DNA of 64,000 nucleotides. Origin: an uncultured Acidobacteriota bacterium. GTDB lineage: Bacteria > Acidobacteriota > Vicinamibacteria > Fen-336. The stretch spans positions 1,216,001 through 1,280,000 of the forward strand of contig OY970399.1 of NCBI GenBank assembly GCA_963720545.1, given 5' to 3'. Position 1 is the stretch's first letter; each line of letters begins with the position of its first letter. Below, piece by piece: positions 27,736-37,995 of this stretch. A program made the translations under genes and the position numbers. The notes under the pieces are model-generated. The model saw nothing but the letters and a program-made list of their open reading frames with translations, did no database searches and was not told the origin of the DNA.

Positions 27736-29734
27736 TGTAGCCCAGCGCCTTCATCCGCGCCAGGTTCTCGGGGCTCAGCGCCTCAGGACCGCGCGGAGTC
27801 CCGACGCGGAACACCCAGGCGCGCACCCGCGCCTCGCCGCCCTTCGCGGGCGGCGTGCCGAAGACCACGGTATCCGGCAACAGCTCTTTGCGGTTCTCGA
27901 GAAGGCGAACCTTGATGGGCGCGTCTTCGGGTTCGGTGCGGACCAGGAGCACGCGCCGCTCACCGGCGTGGACGTAGCGCAGCACCGCCGCGCCGCCCGC
28001 GGAAGGCCGCGGAATGTCGCCGGTGGCGAACTGCAGGCTCAGCATTTCGGCAATGCGGCCGGTGCTCGTGATCTCAGCGTGCATCTCGCGGCCTTCAGGG
28101 GCATCGGCAAGCACGATGTGGTGACCCGCCTGCGCCGACTGGACGAAGTAATCGAGATCGGCGCGCAAGCCGTCGGTGCCGGGCGGCGGGCTCCCGGCCA
28201 GGTTCACACGCTCACCGGGGTCGGCAACCAGGTCGAAGAGCATCTCTCGTCGCTTCGGCAGAATCTCGCGAATGCGCTTGTAGCGCCCGGCGCGCGCGGC
28301 GTAGATCATCTCGTTTGCCGGGATCTGTTCGTGGAAGAGCGTGCGCGGTGCGATCGGCTGCTTCTCGACGAGCCCCTTCAGCGACACCCCGGTGAGGTCG
28401 CGCGGTGCGCCAACGCCGGCCAGTTCGAGGATCGTCGGCACGATGTCCACGTTCGAGACGTCGGCGGGGATGCGCGACGCCGGGCCGCCACTTGCGGTGC
28501 GCAGGATCATCGGGACGTGGAGGATCTGCTCGTAAAGCGAGTGGCCGTGGCGCGCGGTGTCGTGCTCGCCGAACTCCTCGCCGTGGTCGGCGGTGAGCAG
28601 TACGTGGGTGTTACGATCCAGTCCGCGCTCCGCGAGCGCCGCCAGCAGCTTGCCGATCTCGACGTCGTTGGCCGCGATCTCAGTGTCATAGAGGTCGCTG
28701 TCGCGAGCGAGCCCCTGGCTCCCGGCCCGTACCAGCGATTCGTGAGGCGAACGCGCACGGTAGGGATAGTGCAGGTCGAGCGAGTGCAAGTAGAGGAAGA
28801 AGGGCCGGCTGCGGTGGGCATCGATCCAGGGAATGACCGCCGCGGTGATGGTCGCCGCGTCGCCCTCGACGTTGTTCACGGCCTTGCCGTGCCACTCGGA
28901 GGCCAGCTCGACGTAGCGGTCGAAGCCGCGCGAGTACCCGAACGCCTTGCCGTCGAGCACCGGATTCGCGACGAACGCCGCGGTGTCATAGCCGGCGGCC
29001 CCGAGGAGCGATGCAAGCGTCGGCCTCTGCGGGTCGAGCGCCGACGCCACCGACCGGGCACCGTGCCGCGGCGCGTCCACACCGGTGAAGAGACACCCGA
29101 CCGACGGCTTGGTCCAGCCAGCACAGGCAAACGCACGTTCGAAGACGTGGCCCTGCGCCGCCAGCCGGTCGATCGCGGGCGTAATTCCGCGCTTGTTCCC
29201 GTACGCGCCAACGCGGTCTGAGCGCAGGCAATCAACCACGTAGACAAGGATGTTCGGCATCGTCGGCCCGCTGCCGAGCACCCGTGGCTCCGCCACCGCA
29301 ACCTCGGCGGCGCCTCCCGAGAATTCGAGCGTCACCTCGGTGTCGCCTGCCGCCAATTCCAGCGTGTTGTCTGCCCACTGCGCCGCATTTTCGAGAGGCG
29401 TGTCGAGCAGCGACCGCCGCTTCGTGCCGGTGCCCGCGTAGACGGTGAGGCTCACGGGAGTGGCGGAATGGCCAGCCACCACTCCAAACTCGAACAGGTC
29501 GCCGCGCGTTGCCGTCACTGGAAACACCGTGGACGTCGGCGCCTGCAAGCGGCGCACGCGCCGCAGGTCGTTGCCCGCAGGAAGCAGTGGAATCCTCTGG
29601 TCCTGGTCAAGCAGCCGCTGGCGCACGACCATGCTGCGCGGCGCTCGACGGCATGCATCGCTCGCGACCCCGAGGAGGCCGACAACGATCATGCCCGCGA
29701 CCGCCAGGCCGCAGCGCGGCGGGAAAAGTGTCAC
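27728..29734 (-). CDS. Sulfatase-like hydrolase/transferase
   Basis: PNILVYVVDCLRSD, WTKPS, FFLYLH, TADHGEEF, HGHSLY, MKALGYIN. Confidence 0.85.
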   Translation of the reverse strand: MTLFPPRCGLAVAGMIVVGLLGVASDACRRAPRSMVVRQRLLDQDQRIPLLPAGNDLRRVRRLQAPTSTVFPVTATRGDLFEFGVVAGHSATPVSLTVYAGTGTKRRSLLDTPLENAAQWADNTLELAAGDTEVTLEFSGGAAEVAVAEPRVLGSGPTMPNILVYVVDCLRSDRVGAYGNKRGITPAIDRLAAQGHVFERAFACAGWTKPSVGCLFTGVDAPRHGARSVASALDPQRPTLASLLGAAGYDTAAFVANPVLDGKAFGYSRGFDRYVELASEWHGKAVNNVEGDAATITAAVIPWIDAHRSRPFFLYLHSLDLHYPYRARSPHESLVRAGSQGLARDSDLYDTEIAANDVEIGKLLAALAERGLDRNTHVLLTADHGEEFGEHDTARHGHSLYEQILHVPMILRTASGGPASRIPADVSNVDIVPTILELAGVGAPRDLTGVSLKGLVEKQPIAPRTLFHEQIPANEMIYAARAGRYKRIREILPKRREMLFDLVADPGERVNLAGSPPPGTDGLRADLDYFVQSAQAGHHIVLADAPEGREMHAEITSTGRIAEMLSLQFATGDIPRPSAGGAAVLRYVHAGERRVLLVRTEPEDAPIKVRLLENRKELLPDTVVFGTPPAKGGEARVRAWVFRVGTPRGPEALSPENLARMKALGYIN

Positions 29735-29738
29735 TGCT

Positions 29739-31229
29739 CTAGTTGACGTAGCCGAGGGCCTTCAGGTCTTCGAGCGCCTGAGCGTCCATCGGCACCGTGC
29801 CTGCCTTGCCAGTCTTGTCCTGGACGAACTGACGCAGCTTGGTGTCGTACGTCTTGGCGACCGTCGCGACGCCTGCCTTCATCAGCAGGTTCCGTTTTTC
29901 GAGGGGATCGGCCTGCAGGTCGTAGAGTTCGGTTTGCCGAGGTTCGGGCGGGATCACTGCCCGCCCGGTGGTTTTGATCTGCGCGTCGGTCAACCAAAGG
30001 ATGTACTTGAAGCGGTCGGTGCGCAGGCTCTTCGCCTCGCTGCGGCTCGCGAGCGACTCGCTCACCGCGGCGCGCGAAGGGGCTCCGTCTTTCTCCCACA
30101 GGGACCGTAACGACTCGCCCTGAACCGCCGCAGGGACGTCCACGTGCGCGACGTCGAGAATGGTCGGCATCACGTCTATGGTGCGCGTCACCTGCGCCAC
30201 GCGCCGGCCAGCACTTGCCGACCGCGGCAGCTTGACGATGAGCGGGATGTGGACGAGCTCCTCGTGCAGGGTGTTGCCGTGAGTGTTGAAATAGCGCCCG
30301 TCGCGTTCGTGCGCGCCGCCCTCGCCGGCGATTTCGCCGAGTTGCTCCCCATGGTCGCTCGTGAGGACGATGAGCGTGTTGTCGTACAGCCCGCGGGCCT
30401 TGAGCCGCTCGACGATGCTGCCAAGAGCCCGGTCCATGGCCAGGATGCCGCTGTCGTAGAGCGCCGAGATCACTGTGGGCGTGGACATCTTGTAATGCTC
30501 GAGAAAGCGATCCTCCCGGCCAGCATCGGTGCGGCCAAGACGCCTGCCCGCGAGGTCGTCGATACCGTCGCGCAGCTTCGCCAGGATCTCAGGCGGCACC
30601 ACCGAATCGAGGTAGTCGGTGTGCAGATAGGGCGCATGCACTTCGAAGGTGTGCAGGAAGATGAAGAAGGGAGTGTCGTGCCGGCGGTCGATCGCCGCCA
30701 TCACCCGTCCCAGGTTCTTCTCGTTGAGTTTGCGCATGAACGTGTAGTAGCGCAGGAAGCCGCGATCGAAACCAATGCGCGGATCCACGGTGGCGCCACC
30801 GGTGAACGCTACCGAACGATACCCGCGGCCCGACAGGAGTTCGGCGAGCGTCTGATGCTCCGCACCGAGCGTCTGAAAGCCCTCGTTTTCCTCAAGCGCC
30901 GCAGCCAGAACCTTGTAGGGCCGTGTGATTCCATGGGCGGAGGGAAGCAGCCCCGTGAAGAGACTTATGTGACTAGGCGTCGTCCAGGGAGCAGCCGTGA
31001 TGTGGTGCTCGAAGAGGATCGAATCCTTGGCAAGTGCATCCATCGAAGGACTCGTCACCCGCGCCTTATAGCCATAGGTGTTGAGCCGATCCGCCCGCAG
31101 AGTATCGATTGAGATCAGCAGGACATTTGGCGGCCCACTCGATCCCGGCGTCGATCGACAGCCACCGGCAACCGAAACCAAGGCAAACACACAGCACACC
31201 GGCCCGAACGCCCTGACGGCAAAGCACAT
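29739..31229 (-). CDS. Sulfatase-like hydrolase/transferase
   Basis: PNVLLISIDTLRAD, APWTTPSH, TFEVHAPY, TSDHGE, ELYDLQADPLE, LKALGYVN. Confidence 0.88.
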   Translation of the reverse strand: MCFAVRAFGPVCCVFALVSVAGGCRSTPGSSGPPNVLLISIDTLRADRLNTYGYKARVTSPSMDALAKDSILFEHHITAAPWTTPSHISLFTGLLPSAHGITRPYKVLAAALEENEGFQTLGAEHQTLAELLSGRGYRSVAFTGGATVDPRIGFDRGFLRYYTFMRKLNEKNLGRVMAAIDRRHDTPFFIFLHTFEVHAPYLHTDYLDSVVPPEILAKLRDGIDDLAGRRLGRTDAGREDRFLEHYKMSTPTVISALYDSGILAMDRALGSIVERLKARGLYDNTLIVLTSDHGEQLGEIAGEGGAHERDGRYFNTHGNTLHEELVHIPLIVKLPRSASAGRRVAQVTRTIDVMPTILDVAHVDVPAAVQGESLRSLWEKDGAPSRAAVSESLASRSEAKSLRTDRFKYILWLTDAQIKTTGRAVIPPEPRQTELYDLQADPLEKRNLLMKAGVATVAKTYDTKLRQFVQDKTGKAGTVPMDAQALEDLKALGYVN

Positions 31230-31856
31230 CGCGCGCAGTCTAGCGTGGTCAAACCGCCCGAAGGCCGGCTAGGCCCGAGCGGTATAGTCCCCTTGGCGCA
31301 TTGAGGTTAGTTGCCGATGAACGTTGGAATTCCGCCCGACCTTCCTTTCGGCGCCACCATGATGGTCATGGGGTTGTGCTTCTCCCTGTCCAGGCGCAAG
31401 TCACGTCGATGGCGAGCACAGACCACTGGAAGACGGATAACAGTCAAGCCATGGCACTGATGTGGGCGCCGTTCTTTGTTGCGCGCCATTTGTCGTTATG
31501 CGTTCTCGCTGTGGCCGCTGCCGCTATAGGGCTCTCTGGGAAGCTTCAAAGCCTGGGGGCAAAGGGTTGACGTGGTTCTTTGAACTCAAGGCCTGTCCCT
31601 CTTGTGGCGCAGCCTGACCACCGACGGAGTACGAGGCCGTCCATCATCAGCAGGCCGAAGTGCCACCGACAATGAAATAGGTGCAGTTCTGGCATCCTTT
31701 GGCGCGGGGATATGGACGGGGCAAGCGGCGGCGCGGCTCATTCTCCAGAGACTTCGCGCCGCATCACGCAGCACGTAGCGGCAGCGGCTCTGGAGGGGGC
31801 CAGATGCAAGGAAGATCCCTCGCGGTCAGCGCAAGCGCCGTCCCGCTCGGGAAAAC

Positions 31857-33155
31857 TTAGAGATCCAGGAGCTTTGAGAGGTAGGGGTTGGTGAAAAGAC
31901 CTGCGGGGTCGAGGCGGGTACGAACACTCTGGAAGCGGTCGAAGTTGGGGTAGCGGGGGCGGAGGTCGGTCGCGGTGCGGGTGTGGAGCTTGGCCCAATG
32001 GGGGCGGCCGGCGTGGGACCACAGGATGTCGTCGGCGGCGGTGAAGAAGCGGCGGTGGTCGGTCCTGTAGTACTGGTGGACGGCGAGGTAGGCCGTGGTG
32101 CGGCCTTCGGCCGTGGACAACCAGATGTCGTCGGCGGCGGCGACGCGGACTTCCAGCGGGAAGGAGATGCGCTCGCCGCTGGTGTCGATCCAGCGCCTGA
32201 TTTCGGCGAAGGCGGGGCGCAGGTTTTCGATTGGCAAGGCGTACTCCATCTCCTTGAAACGGACGCGGCGCGGGGAGACGAACACCTCGTGCGAGGGTGC
32301 CGTGTACTCGCGGGCGGAGAGCAGGTGCGTCGCGAGGCGGTTCACGGACGGGATGGTTGCCGGGATCAATTCGCCGAGCATGTTGGTTGCGGCGAAGACG
32401 CCGTTGCTCAGCAACTCGTCGTCTACGAATTCACGGATCGGGTTCAGTGGCTTTGACGGGTCGCCGGCTCTGACTCTGTTGTTCCTCTTCGTGAGCGCTT
32501 TGTTGCCGTGGGGGAACCAGTAGAACTCGAAATGGTCGTTGTCTCTCGCCAGGTTGTCGAAGTTCTCCAGGACTTCGTCGATTGGCGCCGGCGCTTCGAT
32601 GGCGTGCAGGTCGAATGCCTCCACTAGCTGGAGGGTCACAGTGGTGACGATGCCGAGGGCGCCGAGGCCCACTCTGACGGCGCCCCACATCTCTGCGTTC
32701 TCTTCGGCGGAGCAACGGATGGTGGAGCCATCCGCTGTAACCATGTCGAGCGCTGTGACCTGGGCGGCGAGTCCCTGATGGTTCAGGCCGGTGCCGTGGG
32801 TGCCGGTTGCGATCGCACCGGCGACGGTCTGCTGGTCGATGTCGCCGAGGTTCGGCATCGCGAGGTTCCAGATGCGGAGAGCCCTGGTCAGTTCTTGCAG
32901 CGTGGTGCCCGCGTGTACTTTGGCTTGCCGGCGCTCCTTGTCTACATCGATGATTCCGCGGAGGGCGGCGAGGCTGAGCAGCACCTGGGTGGGCGCCGCG
33001 ATGCCGTTGAAGGAATGGCCGCTGCCCACGACCTTGATTCGGCGGTTTGCTTTTGCTGCCGCTGATACGGCCTTGCCCACGTCGTCGGTGGTTTTTGGCT
33101 CGACTACGTGGGGCGGCCGCGACCATTCGGTTCTCGCCCAGTTGCGCCACAGCAT
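31857..33155 (-). CDS. FAD-linked sugar-lactone oxidase (D-arabinono-1,4-lactone/L-gulonolactone oxidase family)
   Basis: WRNWA, VGSGHSF, NLGDIDQQTVAGAIATGTHGTG, RFKEMEYA, FPLEVR, GRPHWAK. Confidence 0.93.
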   Translation of the reverse strand: MLWRNWARTEWSRPPHVVEPKTTDDVGKAVSAAAKANRRIKVVGSGHSFNGIAAPTQVLLSLAALRGIIDVDKERRQAKVHAGTTLQELTRALRIWNLAMPNLGDIDQQTVAGAIATGTHGTGLNHQGLAAQVTALDMVTADGSTIRCSAEENAEMWGAVRVGLGALGIVTTVTLQLVEAFDLHAIEAPAPIDEVLENFDNLARDNDHFEFYWFPHGNKALTKRNNRVRAGDPSKPLNPIREFVDDELLSNGVFAATNMLGELIPATIPSVNRLATHLLSAREYTAPSHEVFVSPRRVRFKEMEYALPIENLRPAFAEIRRWIDTSGERISFPLEVRVAAADDIWLSTAEGRTTAYLAVHQYYRTDHRRFFTAADDILWSHAGRPHWAKLHTRTATDLRPRYPNFDRFQSVRTRLDPAGLFTNPYLSKLLDL

Positions 33156-33183
33156 CGGATGGCGTGAATGCTAACGTGGCGCG

Positions 33184-34369
33184 GTGATCGAGCGACTGGA
33201 GACAGCGACAGCGGCGCTCGATCCGCCGTTTGCTGCCGTGGACATGGCGGCGTTTGCGGCGAACGCGGCCGACCTGGCGCGCCGCAGTGCCGGCAAGCCG
33301 ATCCGGCTGGCGACCAAGTCGGTGCGCTGCCGTGGGTTGATGCGCGCGGCGCTTGCGCATGGGGCGTTTCGCGGGTTGCTGGCGTTCTCGCTGGCCGAGG
33401 CGTTGTGGCTGGCGGAGGAACACGACGACATCGTGGTGGGCTACCCCACCGCCGATCGTGCTGGGCTGCGGACGGCTTGCTTCCTCCGAGTCGTTTGCTC
33501 ACCGAGTCACGCTCATGGTGGACTCGCGCGAGCAGCTGGCGCTCATCGACGCGTGCTTGGTGAGCTCCGGGTTGCCGCTGCGGGTATGCATCGACATCGA
33601 CGCGTCGCTGCGCCTTCCTTGGCGGGCGGCTGCACATCGGCACGCGCCGCTCCCCCGTCCATAGCGTTGCCGCCGCTGTTTCGCTGGCCGAAGGAGATCG
33701 TGGCCGATCCTCGCTATCGGCTCTTCTGGCTTGATGGCGTACGAGGCGCAGGTCGCTGGGCCTTGGCGACGATCCGGTCGGGCGACCGCTGCGTGGGGCT
33801 GCGATCCGCATGATGAAGGCTGCCTCACGACGCGAGTTGCGTGAACGTCGTGCCGCGGTCGTCGCTTCGGTTCGGTCACTGGTGCCGCTTTCTTTCGTGA
33901 ATGGCGGTGGCACCGGGAGCCTGGAGACGACCGCCGGATGAAGCCGCGGTCACCGAGACATGCGCCGGCTCCGGCCTGCTCGGGCCTGGCGCGTTCGACC
34001 ACTATCGTGCGTTTCGTCCGACGCCCGCGGCGTTCTTCGCGCTTTCCGTGGTGCGCAAGCCGACGCCCGACATCGTCACGCTCGAAGGCGGCGGCTGGAT
34101 TGCCTCCGGGCCGCCGGGAACGCGACCGCCTGCCGGTCATCGCCCATCCTGCCGGGCTGAGTTACCTTGCTGACGAATGCGCCGGCGAGGTACAGACGCC
34201 GCTGCGCGGGTTTGGAGCCAGGGGCTTGCGGATCGGCGACAGGGTGTGGCTGCGGCACGCGAAATCGGGTGAGGTTTGCGAGCACGTCAACGTGCTGCAC
34301 CTCGTGCACGCCAACGGCAATGTCGACGAAGCGCCGACTTATCGCGGCGAGGGCCGCGTGTTCTTATGA
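33184..34369 (+). pseudogene. PLP-dependent alanine-racemase-fold amino acid deaminase/aldolase with several frameshifts
   Basis: IRLATKSVRC, IDIDASLR, FVNGGGTGSLE, AGSGL, GGGWIASG, AGEVQTP, RHAKSGE and PTYRGEG lie in order but in different frames. Confidence 0.85.
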
Positions 34370-35397
34370 CTGCTTGTCGAGCGGCTTGTTGCGTTCGCCC
34401 GCGCCGTGGGGCTTGCCGCAGCGCGCGCACTGGGTCGGCGGCAGGCTGTTGTCCACTTCGTGGTGAACCGGCTTGAGGGTCTTGACGTAGGCGAACATCG
34501 CCTTCAGGTCGTCGTCCGTCTGCGTGCGATAGAGGTTCCACGGCATCTGGTCGTTGATCTTGCGGGCCTTCACGTGCCCGGTGCGCATCATCTCCACGAA
34601 CAGCGCCTCGTCGTAGTACGGGATGCCCGACGCGTCCTGGGTGATGTTGGCGGCCGCGATCTTGCCGTTCGGGTTCGTCAGCACCTCGCCCCCGGCGAAC
34701 TCGAGGCCCGGGATGCGCTGGCCGTGGTCGTCCATCGGCGTGTGGCAATCGAAGCAGGAACCGAGTGTCACCAGGTACTTGCCCCGGCTGAGGGTATCCG
34801 TTCCGGGCTGTGGCACAGGTGCGTCGAGCGGCTGCGGAGCGTTGTTGATGAAACGGTTCACGGGGAATGGTAGTTTGGTCTGCGGCAGCGGAGTTCTTCA
34901 CGGCCGGCAGCGAGCGGATGTAGACGATGACGGCGGCGAGGTCCTCATCCGACATGTGGCGGTAGTTCCGGTACGGCATGATCGGAAACAGGGCGCGGCC
35001 GTCGTGGCCGATGCCCTCGCGAATGGCGCGCGCGTAGGTGTCGTCGCTCCAGGTGCCACCGCCCGTTTCCGGGTCGACGCTGATGTTCGACGCGGTGACA
35101 AACGGGAAGCCCTCGTCGGCCCAGATGCGTCCCCCACCCCTGACTTCGGCCTTGGCCGCGAAGCCGGGCACATGCCAATCGATCTTGCGAATGGCAGAAC
35201 ACGCAGCCGGTGACCGACTCCACCATGTACTTGCCGCGAATAAGCCGCTCCGGGGTCGCCTCGAAGCGGCGGTCGGTGAGCGTACGGGCCCTGGGGCCGA
35301 GAATGGGGCGCCAGCCGATGGTGGCGGTGATGGCGCCTGCCAGCAGCACCGCAAGGACCACGAGCGCGATGCCCAGCCGTCTTCCCCAACGAGCCAC
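34364..35397 (-). pseudogene. Membrane-anchored diheme cytochrome c with frameshifts near 35190 and 34885
   Basis: RGKYMV..CVFCHS; SNIS..GIGHDGRALFPIMPY; RGKYLV..CFDCHTP..ANITQD..MPW. Confidence 0.85.
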
Positions 35398-35479
35398 AAG
35401 GCCTCCCCGCTACGGCGTTGTCATCTGGTGATGTTCAGGAATTTGTAGGCGGTAACTTACTGCACCGCGGGGGCGGCGG

Positions 35480-36733
35480 CTATTCGTAGCGCAGCGCCAC
35501 GACCGGGTCGAGGCTCGCGGCGCGGCGTGAGGGCAGGAAGCCGCTGATGAGCCCCACGACGATCAGCAGGCCGGCGGAAGCCAGGGCGATGGCAGGGGAG
35601 ATTGCGAGGCGGATGTCGCCCTTGCCGGTCTCGTCCTTGAAGAGCGGGCCGAGCAGCGGGATGGAGCCCACCGCTGCGCCGAGCAGCGGTGCGATCAGGA
35701 TGCCGATGGCGCCGCCAGCCATGGTGAGCACCAGCGCCTCCGCCAGGAACTGCATGCGAATGTGCGAACGGCGCGCGCCGAGGGCGCGGCGCAGGCCGAT
35801 CTCGCGGATGCGCTCGTCCACCGACACCAGCATGATGTTCATCACGCCGACGCCGCCGATGCCGAGGGTGAGCACGCCGACGAAGATCAGCAGCACCTGC
35901 AAGCCGATGGTGAGGCCGTCGATCACCGGGCGGAACTCCTCGCGGCCGAACATCTGCAGGGCGCGCTTGTCGCTGGCGGCGAAGCCCTGGCGCCTGCCGA
36001 TGATGGTGCGCACCTGCTCGATCGCCTTCGGCTCGAACGCCGGCGTGATCGCCGAGAACACCAGCACCGACGCATAGCGCGCGTCCCACATGTCGCCGGC
36101 GGTGGTGTACGGGATGAACACGCACTCGTCGTCGGGACTGAAGTAGTTGCTCATCTGCAGCTTGTTCTCCATGGTGCCGATCACCAGGAAGCGCGCGCCG
36201 GCGATGAGGATCGTCTCGCCCACCGCCTGGCGCGAGCCGAACAGCTTCTTCTTCAGGTTGTTGCCGATGAACGCCACTCTCCGGCGCTCGACGAAGTCTT
36301 CGGCGCTGATCCAGCGGCCCTCGCCCGCGACTTCGTTGCGGATGGCGCCGTACTCGGGGTAGACGCCGCGCACCGCGGTGTTCGCGAGCTGGTCGCCCCA
36401 CGAGACGGCGTAGCGCTTCACCGTCTCCATGCTGAGGTCCTTCACCAGCGTGGCCTCGGCGCGCACCGCCTCCATGTCGGCCTTTTCGATCTTGACCGGC
36501 CGGCCGGCGCGCTCGCCGCCCGCCTGCTCGCTGGTCTGGCCCGGCCAGGTGACGACGGCACTCTTGCCGAACGCCTCGAACGCGTGCAGCAGGGCGCCGC
36601 GGAAGCCGCTGCCATAGGCCATCAGCACCGTGACGGCAATGACGCCCCAGATGATGCCGAGCATGGTGAGGGCGCTGCGCACGCGGTTGCGGCCAAGAGC
36701 GTCCCACGCCTGGATGAGGACCTCGCGCAGCAT
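35480..36733 (-). CDS. ABC transporter permease, MacB/FtsX family
   Basis: RSALTMLGIIWG, GVGVMNIMLVSVDERIREIGLRRALGA, LDPVVALRYE. Confidence 0.93.
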   Translation of the reverse strand: MLREVLIQAWDALGRNRVRSALTMLGIIWGVIAVTVLMAYGSGFRGALLHAFEAFGKSAVVTWPGQTSEQAGGERAGRPVKIEKADMEAVRAEATLVKDLSMETVKRYAVSWGDQLANTAVRGVYPEYGAIRNEVAGEGRWISAEDFVERRRVAFIGNNLKKKLFGSRQAVGETILIAGARFLVIGTMENKLQMSNYFSPDDECVFIPYTTAGDMWDARYASVLVFSAITPAFEPKAIEQVRTIIGRRQGFAASDKRALQMFGREEFRPVIDGLTIGLQVLLIFVGVLTLGIGGVGVMNIMLVSVDERIREIGLRRALGARRSHIRMQFLAEALVLTMAGGAIGILIAPLLGAAVGSIPLLGPLFKDETGKGDIRLAISPAIALASAGLLIVVGLISGFLPSRRAASLDPVVALRYE

Positions 36734-37992
36734 CAGCCGCCCGCCTCGGAGCGCAGCGCCTCGATGGGATCGACGGCGGCGGCGCGGCTCGCCGGGTAGA
36801 CCGCCGACAAGAGGGCGACGCTGCCGAGCAGCGCAAAGGCGATGGCCGCCGACTGCCAGGTGGGCATGAGCCCGGCGAAGAACATGGGCATGGGCAGCAG
36901 GTTGACGAGCGCGCACAACGTGTAGGCGATGGCGAGGCCGATGCCGCCGCTCGCGAAAACCACGATGAGCGTCTCGATGAAGAACTGCCGCACCACCGAA
37001 CGGCGGGTGGCGCCCACGGCCTTGCGTACGCCAATCTCGCGGGTGCGCTCGCGCACCGCCACCAGCATCACGTTCATCACGCCGATGCCGCCGATGAACA
37101 GTGTGGCGATGCCGACAGCGCCCAGGAAGCTCTTCATGCCGTCCGTCATCTGGCGAAATGCCTGCGCGTCTTCCACGGTGTCCCAGATGCCGGAGGCTTC
37201 CTTGTCGGTCGGGTCGAAGCCCTTGATGCGGCCGAGTGCCGTGAGGAACTCGCGCTTGCAGTCGTCGTGCAGGGCCACCGTGCGCGGCGAAACCAGCAGC
37301 CGGTCCACCGAGTCGGGGATGGAAGGCGGCTTGTTCGGCAGGTCGCGGGCGATGGTGGCGAACGGAATGAACACCTTCGAGATGTCCTGGCCGTCGTAGC
37401 TCGAGTCCTGCTCCTTGTGCTTCATGATGCCGACGACGGTGAACGGGAAGTCGGCGATGCGGATGGTTTCGCCGAGCGCCGGCCGGCTGCCGAACAACTG
37501 CTTCTTCGCGTCGCTGCCGAGGAAGGCGACGCGCCGGCCCTCGCCTTCGTCTTCCCAGTTGAGCCAGCGGCCCTCGCCCACCGTGATGGAGCGGATGTCG
37601 CCGAACGGCGGCAGCGAGCCGGTGACGAGCAGGGCGCCGGCGTTGAAGGCGCTGCGCACCGGCGTGTCGTTCTGGCCCATCTCGGGCACGATGGTGGCGC
37701 AGGAGGGCGACTGCGCCTGCGCGATCTTGTAGTCGTTCGTCAGCCAGCGGATCTGCCGGCCGGCGCGCGCCCCGCCCACCTGCTTGCTGGTGCGCCCCCC
37801 GAAGACAATGAGGATGTCCTTGCCGAACTGCTCGGCCACCTTCGCCTGGCCGGCGCGCAATCCCTCGCCGGCCGCCACCATCAGCGTGATGGAGACGATG
37901 CCCCAGGCGATGCCGAACATGGTGAGGGCGGTGCGCAGCTTGTGGGCTGTGAGCGTCCGGTACGTCTCGCGCAGCAGGTCGCCGAAGCTCAC
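36733..37992 (-). CDS. ABC transporter permease, MacB/FtsX family
   Basis: RTALTMFGIAWG, GIGVMNVMLVAVRERTREIGVRKAVGA, VDPIEALR. Confidence 0.93.
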   Translation of the reverse strand: MSFGDLLRETYRTLTAHKLRTALTMFGIAWGIVSITLMVAAGEGLRAGQAKVAEQFGKDILIVFGGRTSKQVGGARAGRQIRWLTNDYKIAQAQSPSCATIVPEMGQNDTPVRSAFNAGALLVTGSLPPFGDIRSITVGEGRWLNWEDEGEGRRVAFLGSDAKKQLFGSRPALGETIRIADFPFTVVGIMKHKEQDSSYDGQDISKVFIPFATIARDLPNKPPSIPDSVDRLLVSPRTVALHDDCKREFLTALGRIKGFDPTDKEASGIWDTVEDAQAFRQMTDGMKSFLGAVGIATLFIGGIGVMNVMLVAVRERTREIGVRKAVGATRRSVVRQFFIETLIVVFASGGIGLAIAYTLCALVNLLPMPMFFAGLMPTWQSAAIAFALLGSVALLSAVYPASRAAAVDPIEALRSEAGG

Positions 37993-37995
37993 GGC

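Noticed and set aside
31301..31570. 89-aa ORF in the lower-GC spacer
   Set aside because: TTG start, no motif and atypical codon usage; cannot be supported as a gene.
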